DNA of 64,000 nucleotides from Trichinella spiralis (Eukaryota), in the NCBI RefSeq assembly GCF_000181795.1, contig NW_003526943.1:6294219-6358218 (forward strand), given 5' to 3'. The translations under genes and the position numbers were made by a program. Shown piece by piece: positions 27,555 through 42,953 of the stretch. The notes beneath the pieces were generated by a model, which saw nothing but the letters and a program-made list of their open reading frames with translations, searched no databases and was not told where the DNA came from. How positions within the stretch are numbered: the stretch's first letter is position 1; the number at the start of each line of letters is the position of its first letter.

Positions 27555-29745
27555 TTATGTATTATGAAAAAAATAGACAAGGATGTTTTCAGTAGTAAAA
27601 AGAAGAATTATCAGGAACGTAACAGCAGAAAGGAAAAAGTGTGAGGCTTTCGAGCTTATCAATGATGCTGCTTCAGATTGAGGCGACGTCATTTTATTAC
27701 TGAAAGTGAGAAGAAAATCTAATAATATTCCATTGGTCCATCCAAACCCTTCTTGAACTTCGTATTCTCCTCCAGTGCTCAGAATGTTAGGATTCACTAC
27801 GTTGTACTGAAATGTACGAAAAAAAAAATAAATATTACAATTAATTAATGAACTGAAAAATTCAAATATTACTTTCTCAAATATGCTACTGTTTCTGTAG
27901 TAGTAATCATTGAATATCATGTGGACCCATTTTTGAGCAATTTCAAAAGCTATCTCTTGAATTACGGAACTGTCACTTTGTCGCAAACTTTCGACGAGCA
28001 TATGAATGTGAGGTGCCCAACCATTTGGATAGTCCCATTGCTCTCCGGTTTTATTCAAACTCACTGGGAAACCATGCGCAAAATTTAACAATCCCATTTT
28101 CTAAATAAAATTTGTTTTCTTTTTTAAAGAGAAAAAAGTTTTTTTTTAAATATTTTACAACCTTCATATAATTGACAACTGCTTTTTCATAGTAAACTTT
28201 GTCATCAGTACATCCCATATACAAAGGTACCATGTTTGAAGAATAATAATTTGTAATTTTAGATGAAGTTTCCAAATCGTAATCAAACCACATCTGTTCA
28301 ATAGGATCCCAAAAAATTTCATTCATGATTGCTTTTGCCTTTGTAAATCTTTGTTCATATTTTGTCGCCATGTCAAAGTTGCCAACAGCTGCATACAATT
28401 TGGCAAGTAGTCGATTATTTCCGCATATAAATGCATTTAAATCTACTGGAACTATTTGCATTGTTCGCATATTTTTCAAACCAAGGTTTTTGCTTTGATC
28501 TTTTCCAAACCATCTACTGCTGAAATCCCAACCAGATTCACAAGCTGATGCTACGTTAGACCACACTTTGGCTTTGGATCTTTCTAAAATGTGAATCATT
28601 AAATTAAGAATATGACACTTTTTTTCAAAAAGAAATTCATACCATCCAATTCACTGGAGCATAATTTCAAATCTTCACGATATGCCTCTGGTCTGGGGTA
28701 ACTAATGTTAACATAATACTGGTGCAAGTGTTTGTCATTATGAATAAAGGAGCGACGCTTTAACCAAAATTGATATTCTTTTTCTAAAGATGGCAGTACT
28801 TTTAAAAGAAAGGTTTTGTCTTTGGTTGCATCATAATAGTCAGCAACGCTGGAAGCAAGCATAGGAGGCTGAGATCGATTTAAATAATAGACCCGTGCAC
28901 CGTTTGGTATAAATCCAAATCTAAACATTTTTCAGCATACAGACTTTCCCTTAATAATTCATACTGCACCTTTCTATCAGGCTGACCATGTTTTCTATCA
29001 TTTGTTTGGCTGCTTCGAACATTTCAGATGCAAGTAAACCTTTAATTATCCAATATGAATCCCAATAATAGAACTCTAAAAATCTTCCACCCGGAATGAT
29101 AAATGGGTTTGGAACGTAGATGATAGAGTGACGATCTGGGAATGCTTTAACAACTTCTTTGACCTGAAATTATAAAATTTTTCACTGCTTATGAAGAGGA
29201 TGTTCTTCTTTGTGTTTTCAAAATTACTTTTCGACACAACCGGAACCATTTTCTGTGTATTTTATAAGCCCAAAATTGCAAAAATGGATCTTTGATTTTC
29301 TTGAACGAATCTGGAGAATTTTCCCACTTTGGAGGAGTGCATATTTCAAGATCTGTTCCTGGTTCGTTGAAATATTTTGAAACAAAATTTTCAATTTCCT
29401 TTTTATCAGATTTATTGGCAATTTTGTCAAATGCTCTTAAAGTGTCGCGCCAATTATACTGCAAACTCATGTCAACAAAATGCTTGCTATCTTGGAACAG
29501 ATGAGACTTTTGCACCGCATCGAGCAATTCTCCGTGGCAGAAGATGTGACTAAAATTTTGATTGAAAAATAAAGCCTCAAAATGTAAGGGTTTATCAAAG
29601 CATACCATTGTTTTAATATTTTTTCTTTTGTATAGATGAGTGGCTCATTTTCGCTCCTCGAGTTCACAGTTATCAAAATGCTGCACCAGAAGATGGATGT
29701 GATATAAATTCGCCAACTTTGACAAAGACGAAATTTGAATACCAT
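27555..29745 (-). CDS. Trehalase (GH37) with N-terminal signal and hydrophobic C-terminal anchor, multi-exon
   Basis: DSKHFVDM, PGGRFLEFYYWDSYW, PNGARVYYLNRSQPP, PRPEAYRED, ESGWDFSSRW, QWDYPNGWAP and GGEYEVQEGFGWTNG. Confidence 0.97.
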
Positions 29746-32363
29746 TTTTTTGTTATTTGCTACTGCTGCTGCTGCTGGTCTTGTTGTTGTTGAAGAATAA
29801 TTGCAATTAGTAAATGAATGGAATATATGATATGAGAAGTTCTTTTTGTTCTTAAAGGAAGTAATTTGTTGAAAACTTCTCAATTTTTTTATCTAAAACA
29901 TTTTAACACAATTCATTTCTTTCGGTTACTAAACGGTGGTGTTTACTGTTTGATTAAGGCAATTATTTATTCAATCAAATGTACCGAAGGTGAGAAATTC
30001 GACTATCATCAACGATCCAGTGATGTGTGATAACGGCACTTTAATGAAGAAAATGAATTACGTCTACTTTTACAAGCTGACAATTTCCCTTTCAGTTGTT
30101 TAATGACACTGTTAGCAAGTTTGATTTGTTCAATTGCCTTTTTCCACTGCGGGCATTTTAAAGTGTACAACTTTATTTTAAACTGTTTGACATTTTAAAC
30201 TGTATCTCGTGCACAATCTATTTAATTAACAATTGCTTAACAAGCGGACTAGACTAACCAGTAGTCATAAAATTGTAAATCATTGCTCACATCTTAAAAG
30301 GAACATTTTCAACTGGGTCAGTAAATGTTTAAAACACTCCTTCATTATGAAATTTAAATTAAATAATTAAATTTTGTTTTGAATCATTATTGTTAACAGA
30401 AAATTATATGCACACATATATAAATTCAAATTTAAGGTTGAAATATTTGAGAAATTAAATAAAATACCATATATATATATACGAAAGTAATACAATATTA
30501 TTAAAAAGGTAAATATAAAATTACCACATTTTCTTTCAAAAATAATTTGAAAATAGATGATGGATCTGAACTGTGAACATTTAAAGAAGAATATTTTGAA
30601 GTGAAATTCGAAGCAGCTGTGAAGACCAAGAAGTGATTTAAGTTGATAATTTTCAAAGTAGTTTGAATGACAATGAATTCATTTAAATTATTATTTCACA
30701 AATTTAAATAGTATCATAAAATCATGCACAGTAACTATGTAAAGTGCTGTAAGAAAATTTGAATATTCTATATTATAATCAACTTTGCTTCAAAGTTCAT
30801 TTAGCATGTTTTCTGTGAAATTTTTTATAATAAAGTAGAATGTATTTATAAAAACTGGAGGTACTGATATATTTAATATAAAATTGAACATTAAAGGACG
30901 ATACTTTTTTAAATGTATACTAAATAAGCAATGCATTTCTTAAATTAATCTTTAAATGCAATAATAAAATTAGCATATAACATTAAATAAAAAATAATAC
31001 ATATTTGTACCTATTGTTTTCTCAACAAAGTTTATTATAATATTTAAAAATGAAAACTGAGAGGTTGCATAATTCACAGCAGAAGAAACTAATAAAGTGT
31101 TCTTCACCTGAAAATGGTTATACTTGATTTATTCAACTTAAGATTAATAAGGCATTTTTATCACTTAATTGTATTACTTGATTTAAACTTGTTAATAAGA
31201 AACCAAAATGTAATCCTTATACAGGTAATAACTTTTTTGTCAACCATTTTATAGAGTTTCATAACTGGAATGATAAATTTTCAAAAGCATATTTGAAATT
31301 TCTTTATTTGTAATAAACTGACCAGAGTTGATACAAATAAAAAGGAAATATTTTACAAATTGGTGTTGCGTTTAATTTCATTTAAATATTCATTGTTTTT
31401 TACAGAAGTTTATAAATCAGAAATATCATAAATATTTCGAATATGTTAATTTATTCAGAATATATTGAAATAACTGAACATAACATATTCAACATATTGT
31501 TTTAGAATTGAAATATGTAAAACAGCTTTATTGCAAAAAAAGGAAAACAATTCTGAGATATTCTTCAAAATCCAAATTGAAAATGAATTTTTATAATTTA
31601 AAATTTTCAATATTGCTCTGCAATAAATTCAAACAGGACGTTTCAGTATGACAAACTGTGTAGACATATAAATAAATAAACGGCGGATTTTCACAAAAAA
31701 ATATTTTTGCCATACGAGCAGAAATTCCTTTTAGTTTCATTTCTTCAATGCGTAAGTTATAAATCGTTAGACCATAAGAATGTAGATTATATTATTAATA
31801 ATTGCATTACGCATTGTTAAATATGGCATCATCAATAATAAAAAAAGTATTTTTGCAGAAAAGAAAAAGCATGCTCTAAATAACAAGCTATTCAGTGATA
31901 AAATCTTTGAAATAAAAAAGTTTTGCTTTTAATGTAAATTACTTCCATATAAAAAAAGAGAAAAAAGTTTTCACCTTTGTAAATTAGTTTGTTGTGCATG
32001 ATTTGATTTTTTCGAATTATTTAAAATAAATAAAACATGACAAATTTATCCAAATGGTCACATTTTGCAAATATTTTTTGTGAGAAAATGACTTCTGCAC
32101 TTTTGAAAAGTTTTGAACGATTTATTATTATTAATTGCGTTGTTTAAATCAAAAAACAAGCAAGCAAACAAGCTATTCATCAAATTAAAAAATGCTAAGC
32201 AGCGGTAAATAAAATCTTGCAACATCATGATAATGATGATGTTGTTGTTGTAGTTGTTCAATTAAAATTTCAGATAAAATTCAAAAATTCATATTTTTAT
32301 TCATATATTCATTCAACTGACCCCCTCCCGTAAAATAGAAGTAAATAAAACTGTCAATGACTG

Positions 32364-35300
32364 TCAAGTTCTAAAACTCAAACGAGCCTTGTCCAAAATA
32401 TCATGCTTAATTCGAGGAAAATCAGGGAAATTGTTTAAAACAACGTGACAAGTGTCGACCGCATCGACGTATCTTTTCGCCTTTAAGTAAATATATGCCA
32501 GCCTGTATCCTGAAAATATTTGAAACTTTTTATATTTATATTAGCAGCAACAACAAGACGAAAAACATGATGCAACCGATCGCTGGATGACGATGTTTGC
32601 AAATTGTCCACGCCGTTTCAAGATTCGAAACCGCCTCTGCCCATTTCTGTTGCTTTTCATTTATCAAACTTAGATATTCAAGTGCTTTGATGCATGACTA
32701 GAAGTGTAGTGCAATTTTCAAACTATTTGCATACTATTTTTGTTTAATTCTTTTACCGCATTGTGTTGCATGCATATTTTCAGAATTTCACTCGCGGCAT
32801 CCATTTTCCCTTGGTTCATGTATGTGTTGGCGAGAAGCAGCCAACATTGCTCCAAATATTTAGCATCATCCAAATTCCACGGAACACTCAGAGTTTCTTT
32901 TAAATAAATTTTCGCCTTGCCATGTTGTTTCAACAGTTTGTGCGCCTGAGCAATTCCAAAAATTGAGCCAATATTTGTAGCCTAAAATTCATTTAACATG
33001 CGAAGAATTTTGATTTTCACAAAACGGTTTTAAATATAGTTTAATAGAGGAAAAGTAATTATTAATAACTTTGCTTCAAAAATAAAATTTACCTTATTTT
33101 CACTAGCCGTCGCCAATCGTAGAAAATTAGTTAAAGCTTTTTCCACATCAGCTTTGCTTTTTGAAGCCAAAAGGATAAAATTTTCCAATAAGCGATATCT
33201 GCACTCGTCATTTCGATTGAAACGAAGCTCCTAAAACATTAAAAAATTGTTTGTTAACAATAAAACCAGCATAAATATGCAAATATCACATTTAAATGCA
33301 TATTCAATACCTTCAATAAACGCGTTGCAGTGGAAATACGAAGAGTTTTAACATTGGAACCCTCGTTGCTGAATAATATTCATCATTATAATATCATTAA
33401 TATTCAAGTGTTTTTAGTTTTTAATAACTGCTTTACACGGAATCTGCATCTTCAGATTGATCTTTCTCAAGATATTCACTGCCAATAACTTGATTGTCAG
33501 GATTAAGACAAATTTCTACAATGTTATAAGTTGCAAGTTCTCCCCATTGCGGATCTTTTCTAACTCGGTTGAAACACTGCAATGCACCATCTGGATTTCC
33601 ACGATTCCTATAAAAATTCAGAAAAGAGAAAACTAAAGTGAAATTAAAAGTTGGTAGTTTCTTTGAAAAAATCAAGTCTACCATTCATAATAACCTTTGC
33701 AGTAGTTGAATCCTGGATCGTGTTTTGTTCTGGGATTATTTTTCATTGCGAGATCAATGAAATTATCAGCTTAAGTAATAAGTTCATATGAATTTTCTGA
33801 ATTTCAAAATTAATTCAATTTACCATATTGCAAATTTCCAATACGAAAGCTCAAATCAATTATCCGAAGTAGTGCATGATAATTATCTAAAACACATACA
33901 TACAAAATTTTTGTTAATTATTCATTTATGTATAAAGCAAATTACTTGGATTTTGTTTCAATAAACATTCAAAATTTTCCAAAGCCAACTGTTTTTCATT
34001 CTTTTGATATAAAATATCTACATTCATCTAAAAACCATGAAGTACACTGTGATATAATTTGAATTTAAATTAAATGCCATCAAAAAAACAACCAAATTAC
34101 ATTTGAAAAAACTGAAAAAACAAATAAATAGACAATGGAGAGCAGTTAAGCTAATATTTTGAAATTGCCAATAAAACAATAAAATGGAATAAAGTTTCAT
34201 ATGCTGTATTACATTTTTTAAAATAGCTATCATTATTTCGTTTGATTTAAATGTTGTTAACTTGACAAAGGTTGTCAGTTGTAAATTTGATATTTTCACA
34301 CTAGCCATAAACACCTGTCAAGTGTAAAATATTATCCGTTATACATAGTATTTGGTTGCTTGGCATTTGTGAATAATTATTAGCTGTTTGTAAAAATATT
34401 AATATGGAAGTGGTCGAGTGTTTTTTGTGCGGAATAACAAGCGAAAAACGTTACACTACAATGTGAACTGTATTATAATGCGTTGTGCGTAAAATACCAT
34501 ATGCAAACATATCATGAACAAAAAATTAAAAAATAAACCTTCCTCACCAAAAGTGCTTCTGTATTTTCTTTGTCAAGTCTAAGTACACGCTGACATTGTT
34601 GTTCACATTCTTCCCATTGTCCAGTTGTTAAATACACATGAGCCAATGCCAGCATGATTGGAATGCTTTTTGGAGCTGCACTTAAGCCTTCGGTATAATG
34701 GAAAATTGCTTTGTGGTAATTTCGATGACGCTGATGTTGTTTTCCAATTTTTAAACTTAAGCTAGAAGACAACAAAGTTTTCAACAAACAAGCAACACGT
34801 CATTATCAAACATATTCACTACTTGGCCACGTAATTGGAAAAATCTTCTGATCCAATAAGCGCAACTGGTTCAGCTTTTATCACACTGCGGCATGGAATC
34901 ATGTATTTCATAAATCGACTTATAGATAATATTTTGATTGTAAATTCTTACTTCATCATCAGTGCTTTTGCAGTTTCAAGCACCTGTATGGATTCGTTTG
35001 GTCTGTTCGTTTCGTTGTACAAGTCGGATAAAAGTTCATGAAATGTAGCTAATTCTTTAACTTTTGCTATATTCAAAGCTAAATAATCGAATTTCATTTT
35101 CTCTTTATCAATGATAATTTGCAATGTTTTGAACTTTTTACCATTTCGCATTTCGTTTGTAACTTCTGCATTTTGAATTGTGCATTTTTCTATGTACTGA
35201 TTTATTATTATTTCACATTTGTCGTAGTTCTTCAGCTTAAGCAAAAGATGAGCTAACTGGTATCTGAAAAGCAGAGACAAAATCGAAATTTCCACATTCT

Positions 35301-38300
35301 TTAGTGCAAATATTATGCAATGTTTATTATGAAGAAAGAACAATATAATTGATGACAAATTTAGTAAGCACAAATCTTCTTATGCTTAATATTTTATGTA
35401 TGTGATTTGTAATGAATATTTTAAATATGAATATAAAGAAAGAAATATTTATTTACCTTATCGCATCATCATTGCTGTTTTTTAATGAAGCTTCCAAGTA
35501 ATTGGTTGCCTGAAAATGTTTTGCTCATTGTCAAAATGTCTGTCTAACAAAACAAAAAATTCAAACAGTTACAGAATAAGCATAAAAATAGAACATCATT
35601 TATTTTCATTAAAAAAAATTAACATACTTTTTTTTAGAAAATTAAGAACAAATTTAAAAAGGCAAAATTCTTGTAATTAATGAAATGTTGATTGTTAAAA
35701 TCACATAAGAATAGTTTTAAAGTGAACAGTTGTACAGTAAAATGGAAAAATCTAGATTATGTAAAATGAAAGATGTAAAATTTTTGGGTGCAATAATCAT
35801 AAATCAATGTTATTTTAAAATTTAATTGCAGTTCATTTTAAATTTAAAAATTCCGTTTACACGGTCTTACCTTTGAATAATTATGCGACTTCACATAGGC
35901 TTCTCCAATCATTTTAGTTAAATTGATATTTTTTGCTCTCATTTTCATTGCATGCTCATACATTTCAATTGCTTTTTCTGGCTAAACAATTTTTCATAAA
36001 TTTTTCTGAAGCATGTAAATAAATTATCAATACGAACCATGCAAATATTCATGTAAGCTTCTCCGCATAATACATAAGCTTCTGAACATTCTACACTTTG
36101 AATCATTTCTCTAAATAAATGAGTATCATCAATGAATTAACAATTGCTATATTAAAAATTTTAAGCATAAATAAGCATTTTAAGCATAAATTTCATCTTA
36201 AAAAGATATAAAAAGATGCATCCTGTCATGATGCATGTTTATAGAGCTTGCCGATTATTTATTTTATGAAAAACAATAATTTGTTTTATTTAGATATATT
36301 CTTCAGATAATGTACAACACGTTAACCCATTTTGTTTGGGTAATACAAGAAATATTTGAGTTTTTTTAATAAAATGAAAAGTTCAATTTTTCAAATAGCA
36401 ACGACATTCTAGATTGCTTACTTATGACAAGCAATGTAGTTTTTCACATCTTGTTTGTAATTAAGATAAACATCTGCCAAACATTTTCGAGCTTCAAAAT
36501 AATACCAGCTATCTGGCAGGACATTTTTCAACAAATAAACGCATCCTTCAACGTCATTTTTGGCCAGTCTCAATTGTGCTTCAATAAACAATAATGACGC
36601 CTCAAAACCGGCGTTTCTTTTTTGTTTAACTTGAAGAAATGCTTTTTGTGCTTCTTCCTGAAGGCATATGATCATTTTCAACTTGAAAGTTGTTCAACAA
36701 ATTTTTTCACTGTTGAAATGTACAAAACGCTAATTTTATTCATTATTTTTTAAAATAACATTTCAAACTTTCATTGTTATTTAAAAAACATGTAATAATG
36801 TTTAATTTGCCTTTAAATGCATTTAAATCAAACCTAAATTTAAACTGACATACCACACGCTTCGCTGAGATGCACAACAAAATAAGATTCAGCTGCATTT
36901 TCATTTCCAAAACTTCTCTACACTCCATTGTAAAAAAGAAGTCACTTTTCTTGTTTTTTCCATCTTCTGAAATAAGCATTTACTGAAGCTTTAGCTGTTC
37001 ATATTATTTGGCTACTTTTGCTTGTAAAGGTGTGCAATGCATTTCTCAACATTTGTATAGCTTCTTCAAAATTTTCCGACAAATGCGCCTGCTTAGCTTT
37101 AACCATATAATATTCGGGTAGATTTCTCACCTTGAAACAAACATGTTTTTTGTATTTATATTTTTGCTTTTTTACTGTTAATATTTCACATACTGTAAAG
37201 TCACAGCTCAAACTTGCATTGATCACATCAGTAGCTTCGGTTAAATTATTATTTTGAATATACGCATCAGCAAGCAACAAGCCAACATTCACGTTGAAAT
37301 CTTCCATTTTCAAAAGCTGTTGCAGTTCCAATATTGCTTGTGGAAAATTATCTGTAATTTTTAATTAATAATTCAGCCCATAATTTAAAATATTTCGCAA
37401 GGGTTTGCAAATAAATGTTTCAAAAATTGTTTTATCGAATCGATTCAATACTTCATATTCTTTTACAAAATATTATAAATTATCACCTTTTCATCAAGTA
37501 TTTCAAAGGGAAACAAATGTTAGACCATTAATTATATTTACTAATGGTTGGTAATTTTTTTTTATATAATTGTTCTTTACTGAACTGATTAGTTAATAAA
37601 TGAAAGTAGTCTCTATTTTAAAGTTTTTTGATTAATTGCACCTGCAGATCAGATTGACAAAATTTTAAACAAAATTTAAAATATCATTTATGTCAAAATT
37701 AATTAATTGAGGCATAATCACTGTTTAGAAAATCTTTCATTTTTGCCTTACTAAAAAATGTTAAAGTGCTTCAAGTAATTTCAAAAAAATAATTTTTATT
37801 GTGTGTATGAAGTAAAAACAGCAGACATACATACCTTCCAAAATATGCAATCGAGCACTGATGAAGTAAGCAGTTTGTAAGCCAGGAATGTAACGTAATA
37901 GTTGACTCAAAATGCTGATTGATGATTTACAAATGTTTTCAATTTCCTTACTATGGACTAAGTCAGACTTAATTGAAATAAAAAAGTTATTGTTTGACTT
38001 TTTAAATTAATAAACTGCACATACCTCTGCTGACAATAAATCACAAGTGATCTTCAGGATTTCCATTATAAAATCAGCATTCAGTTTTTGTAAAAACTCC
38101 ACTCCAAATTCCATAATCTATATTCATGTTTTATAATAATTCATAATCATATGGCACATGAGATTTTAGAAAATAATGTAATTTTATGAATTTTAGTAAT
38201 AAATATTAGAAATATAGCTGAAATTGTTCTTCTATTATAAAAGATGCTTCATAACGAAAAACTTTAACGAATTCAAATAAATTCAGTTTTCAATTTTTAA

Positions 38301-41036
38301 TGATAACCCAACATATGATTTATTACTTATAATTTCAGCTATATTTAATGAATCTTCAAATGAACGATATGAATGATAATAAAATTTTCTCACTTTTGAC
38401 ATATCATTTATGAATGAAATTACTGTTGTATTCATCGCTTCTATCGTTAGTCGTATAGTTTTTGGATCTGGTTTCGAAGCTACGCTCATAAAAGCTTTGA
38501 ATAATGCACCTTCCTTAAAATACAATTTAGCACTAGTTACTTTATTGTGAACTTTTTTTTTACATATGAAGCATTCCATTGATCATCTATTGCATTTATG
38601 AAGTCCATTTGTTCCTTCGCTTCACCAAGCGTGCCTTGAGATATTTGACAATGCGCTATTTCTAATAAAATACACTGTATGAAATTTTATAAAATATGAG
38701 ATCACAACAGTTTAATTAATTAAAAATTTAAACTAGTATGATACACTACAACAAATATAATTAATCATAGTTTCATTTCTTCAATTGCTACCTTTGAAGC
38801 AACAGAGAGTTTCTTCGTCCATCTTGGAAGCCTTTTGGAATACGTCTAAAGCGCTTTCATACAATCCACTCATGCGTAATACTTCTCCTATGGCTACCAT
38901 TGCTGCAAAATTTTTAGGATGCTTTTTAAGTTCTAACTCCAAATATGATTTCGCCTTTTTAAGAATGGCTCCATTCCTTCCACACTTAAATTTGAAATCA
39001 AGTTATAAGTTATAAAAGTTTGAAATTTAAGAAAACAACTTACTATTCTACAATAAATTAAAGTCCATTGAATCCAACTAAGTTTTCCCTCAAATGCAGT
39101 TATTTTATCATGTTCTAACAATTCACTAAACTGATTAGCTGCCTGAAAAACGAATTAGTTATATATATATGTTATATACAAAACCATTTATATATAAAAC
39201 AGCATATTTTGTGAAACAAAATGTTAAATTCCATTTTTATAATTGTTTTACACTTTTCCAGAGTTTTTAGACTAACTTTCTTAAATCTTACTTCATTATA
39301 ATAACCTTCATATACAATAAGTAGCAAAATTTCCATTTCTTCCATTGTTATATCATCACTTGCGACATTTTTTCCCCTGCAGCAGAAATAATCATATTTA
39401 AAAAATAAATGTAATAATTCATGTTAATTCTTACATTTTCACTTCTTTAAAACAATTCTTCCATTCTTTTTTTATAAAATACAGTTCTGCCTTTTCAATA
39501 TGAGCTGGAAAAAATGTCGGCATAATTTCCAATATGCTATCATAAATAGAGATCGCTTCGTCATATTTTCTTTCTAATTTAGCACATTCAGCTAATCCCA
39601 TTGCCGATTGAGGATTTTGATAATCGCATTCTGATAATCTTTAAAAAATATTTTATTTATTTAAAGAAAAATAACAACAATAATAATAGCAATATAACGA
39701 ACTGATTGCTTTGTTGAAAACACTGATGAGCTGCACTAACATCTTTGTTCAGTGCTAACAACGACCAACCTTTTAATAAGTACACCTGAAAAATATTGAA
39801 AGTATAATAAATATACTGTTATTTTTTGTATGAATTGTTGATTTTTATTAACATTACGTTAGGATTTCATCTGGGGACACATAATGTTGATTAGTGTGCG
39901 GAAAAAATTCATCTCAAATGAGAATAATGCCTTCTCTTTTATTAATTTAAAATTTTAAAACTCTACGTAATTATTTATAAAATTTTTCTTTACCGAACAA
40001 ATCGTTACAAGTTAATCATATTAAAAATTTATGGACAGTAATTAAAAATAATTAATTTTTTAAAGTTACCCTCTTATAACTTTAATTAAACTTTACTTGA
40101 TGAACTATATATATTGTACCTTTGATGATAAGAAAGAATTTTGAATCAGATCTTCAACAATTTCTATGGAAGTTTTCGGATCTTCATTAAAAAAATAAAA
40201 TGCTGCAGCAGAATACATTTCCTATATGCACAAACATATAAGCAAATGAAGAATACAACACATACAAATAAAATTTAATTGCTTTACTTCATTCTTTGCT
40301 TTTGTTTTCAGTGATTCTAATTTTGCTTCGTAATATTCGAGAGAATTTACATCTGAAATTTATATACTGATTGATTATTGCAATCGCCATTTCTTCCTTC
40401 AGTAGTAACATTATTATTCCAAGTAGCATATTTTTAATGAAATTATAAAACAGAGTTTTAATATTTGTTCAGAATCTACAGTGTAGTACAAATGATAATT
40501 TCAATAATCAACAATTTTCAATTTGCAGCAGATTTTTTGTTTAATTCAAAATAAAATTATTTTTCAATAGTTATAATGGAATATTATATATTGTAAATGT
40601 TTTAAAAGTAAATGTAAAAATAAATAGTTAAAATGCAGAAAACTTATGCAGCATAATGTCTACCTCTTATGTCACAAGCTTTGTGTGCTTCCAACAAGCC
40701 CAACAATGCTCCAACGTGGACATTTGATTTTTGTATAACTTTTTCAAATTCTTTTATTGCCTCAGAATTTCTACCTGAAAAAATCTAATTTTAAATGGAC
40801 CTGAAACTTTTGCTCATTTAAATCTGGTGACCTTTTCGCACATAGCAAATTCCCAAAAGAAAACGATAATGCTCATCTTGCAAAGCGGTTTCAAGGTAGT
40901 TTTGAATCTTCCCGATCGCTTGTTCAATTCTTTTTGTTCGAATATAATAAAATATTTCTGCCTAAAAGATCCAACGTATAAAATAAAAATGAAAAGAGGA
41001 TCATAAATTTCTTACTTGAAAATACAGCTGTTCCAT
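32364..41036 (-). CDS. TTC21B: Tetratricopeptide repeat protein 21 / IFT139 (IFT-A complex), many exons
   Basis: TPR-rich exons with the TTC21-type motifs [11 protein letters not shown] and [13 protein letters not shown], and the C-terminus [43 protein letters not shown]. Confidence 0.9.
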
Positions 41037-41061
41037 AGTTGTTGCTTACCATTGATTCTCT

Positions 41062-41074
41062 GTTGCTAGGATAC
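41062..41074. promoter_or_regulatory. Candidate X-box (RFX/DAF-19 site), GTTGCT-A-GGATAC
   Basis: Imperfect palindrome resembling RFX sites, 26-38 bp upstream of the presumed ATG of a ciliary IFT gene. Confidence 0.55.
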
Positions 41075-42953
41075 AGGCATGCTGTACTTGCATTTAATTA
41101 TTAACACATACATGTGATATGGTAAATACAAATGAAAAAAGATATTTGAAATCATAAATTTGCACTACAATATGACAAAAATTTAATATTGCTGTTCAAC
41201 TGAATGTAACAAATAAATTGTACAAGAAAATTGGTGATTCACGGACATATAAAAATGTGCGAAAATTTTAATTGTAACAAATTTTTAAAGAAAATAAAAA
41301 AATTCATATAGATAAATATATTCACGGGAAAATGCCATTTTCGACAAAATGAAATTCACATTGAATTACCTTTCGACAACAATTCGAATAGTTTTTCAAA
41401 CATGGAAAAATTTATTCAAAGCTGAAATCAGATACAGTTTTTATTTTGGTCCTTTATTCAACAAGAAAACGAAAGCTTTAAACTGTACATAATGTAGATT
41501 TATCAAAAATGCTTATTATTGTTAACCATAGCAGTTTATAGATTTAACATTTAAATAATACTAATAAAATACATCTATCATTGACATAGATATAAAATGG
41601 GCTGCTCGATATTTAATAATAATTTTTAGGAATTTTTTAAAAACTACGTTCATAAATACCCTTCAGTACAAGTTTGTTATTACTATTCTTACTGAACACA
41701 AATTATTTAACATTTTAAATAAATATTTAAACAATATGAGATTAATGTTTAAAATTTTTAATCAAAAATAAGAATGTAATGTTGTGAATAATTAATGATT
41801 CCCAGTTATTTCTAAATTCAACTCTTATAAGTGTTATTTATTTAAAATGAAAAAATATACTTCAACAAAGTTTGATATAAATAATCAATTTTGCCGTGCA
41901 GTACATGCCTAAGCAGCACATTGTACCATTTTACACCAAAAAAAATTTGCCACTTTCATTTTACCGGATAGCCTATATTTATGAAACTATTTTGATTTTT
42001 TCAATGATCGTATGAGAAGATCTATATTCTTTTCTTTTCCTTCAGATATTATGATTAATTATTCATAAAACTTTATTTCACCTGTAAAATTAAAAATGAA
42101 ACAATTCTTTAAACTATACATTTTTAATATAATCATGATTATTCATCATTTGAAAGTAAGCAATATTTGAGCAACTAATTTGAAAATATTGCATTTTTGT
42201 GTTTATAAAAATGAGACTAAATAAAAATTGTTACAATCACTTTTGAAATATATTTCAAAATAGTTATTTTTAATGAACATATAAATAATTGAAAACCATA
42301 CTTTTTATTGATTCGCTTGAATTTTCAATGTTTCATAATTCATGCATTTTACCTTTGAATAAAAATGAAAAATATGATATATTTCATTCGAGAAGAAAAG
42401 GAAGAATAATAATTTCAGTAAAGAGATGATTTATGATGGAAAGTTAAGCTGAAAAATGAATAAAACCAGCTAGCATAATATGATGATGCATAAAATGCTT
42501 GCTTAATTATATGTCAACATTAGCTTACTTACAACGGTAAGCGAGATAGAAAGAAAGAAAGAGAGGGATGGAGTGTCAGGTGACGTTGCATTTGCAAACT
42601 CAGGCTGCTTGCTTGTGCTTGGTTGTTTCATTAGAGAAAATTCTACTCTCAACATATTCCAAATCAAAAAGATTTCAACAATTTGACAAGATGATCGAAG
42701 ATAATCATTTGCGGTGGATTAGCTGGAACATTTATGCATAATTAGGTTAGTAGACAGAAGCAGAAATCGATTAAACAAGTGAATTGACACTGAATCACTA
42801 AATGTTAACAACCGCTGTTTTAAATCGCCATCTGATCAGATTTATTCTTGACAAAGAAGCTGAAGCAGACCAAAATTTCCACTGATGATTTTCTTGACAC
42901 CTCCTCAAATTTTCTGCACATGCTACTTCACCAAACTAAAACTAGACAGTTAA

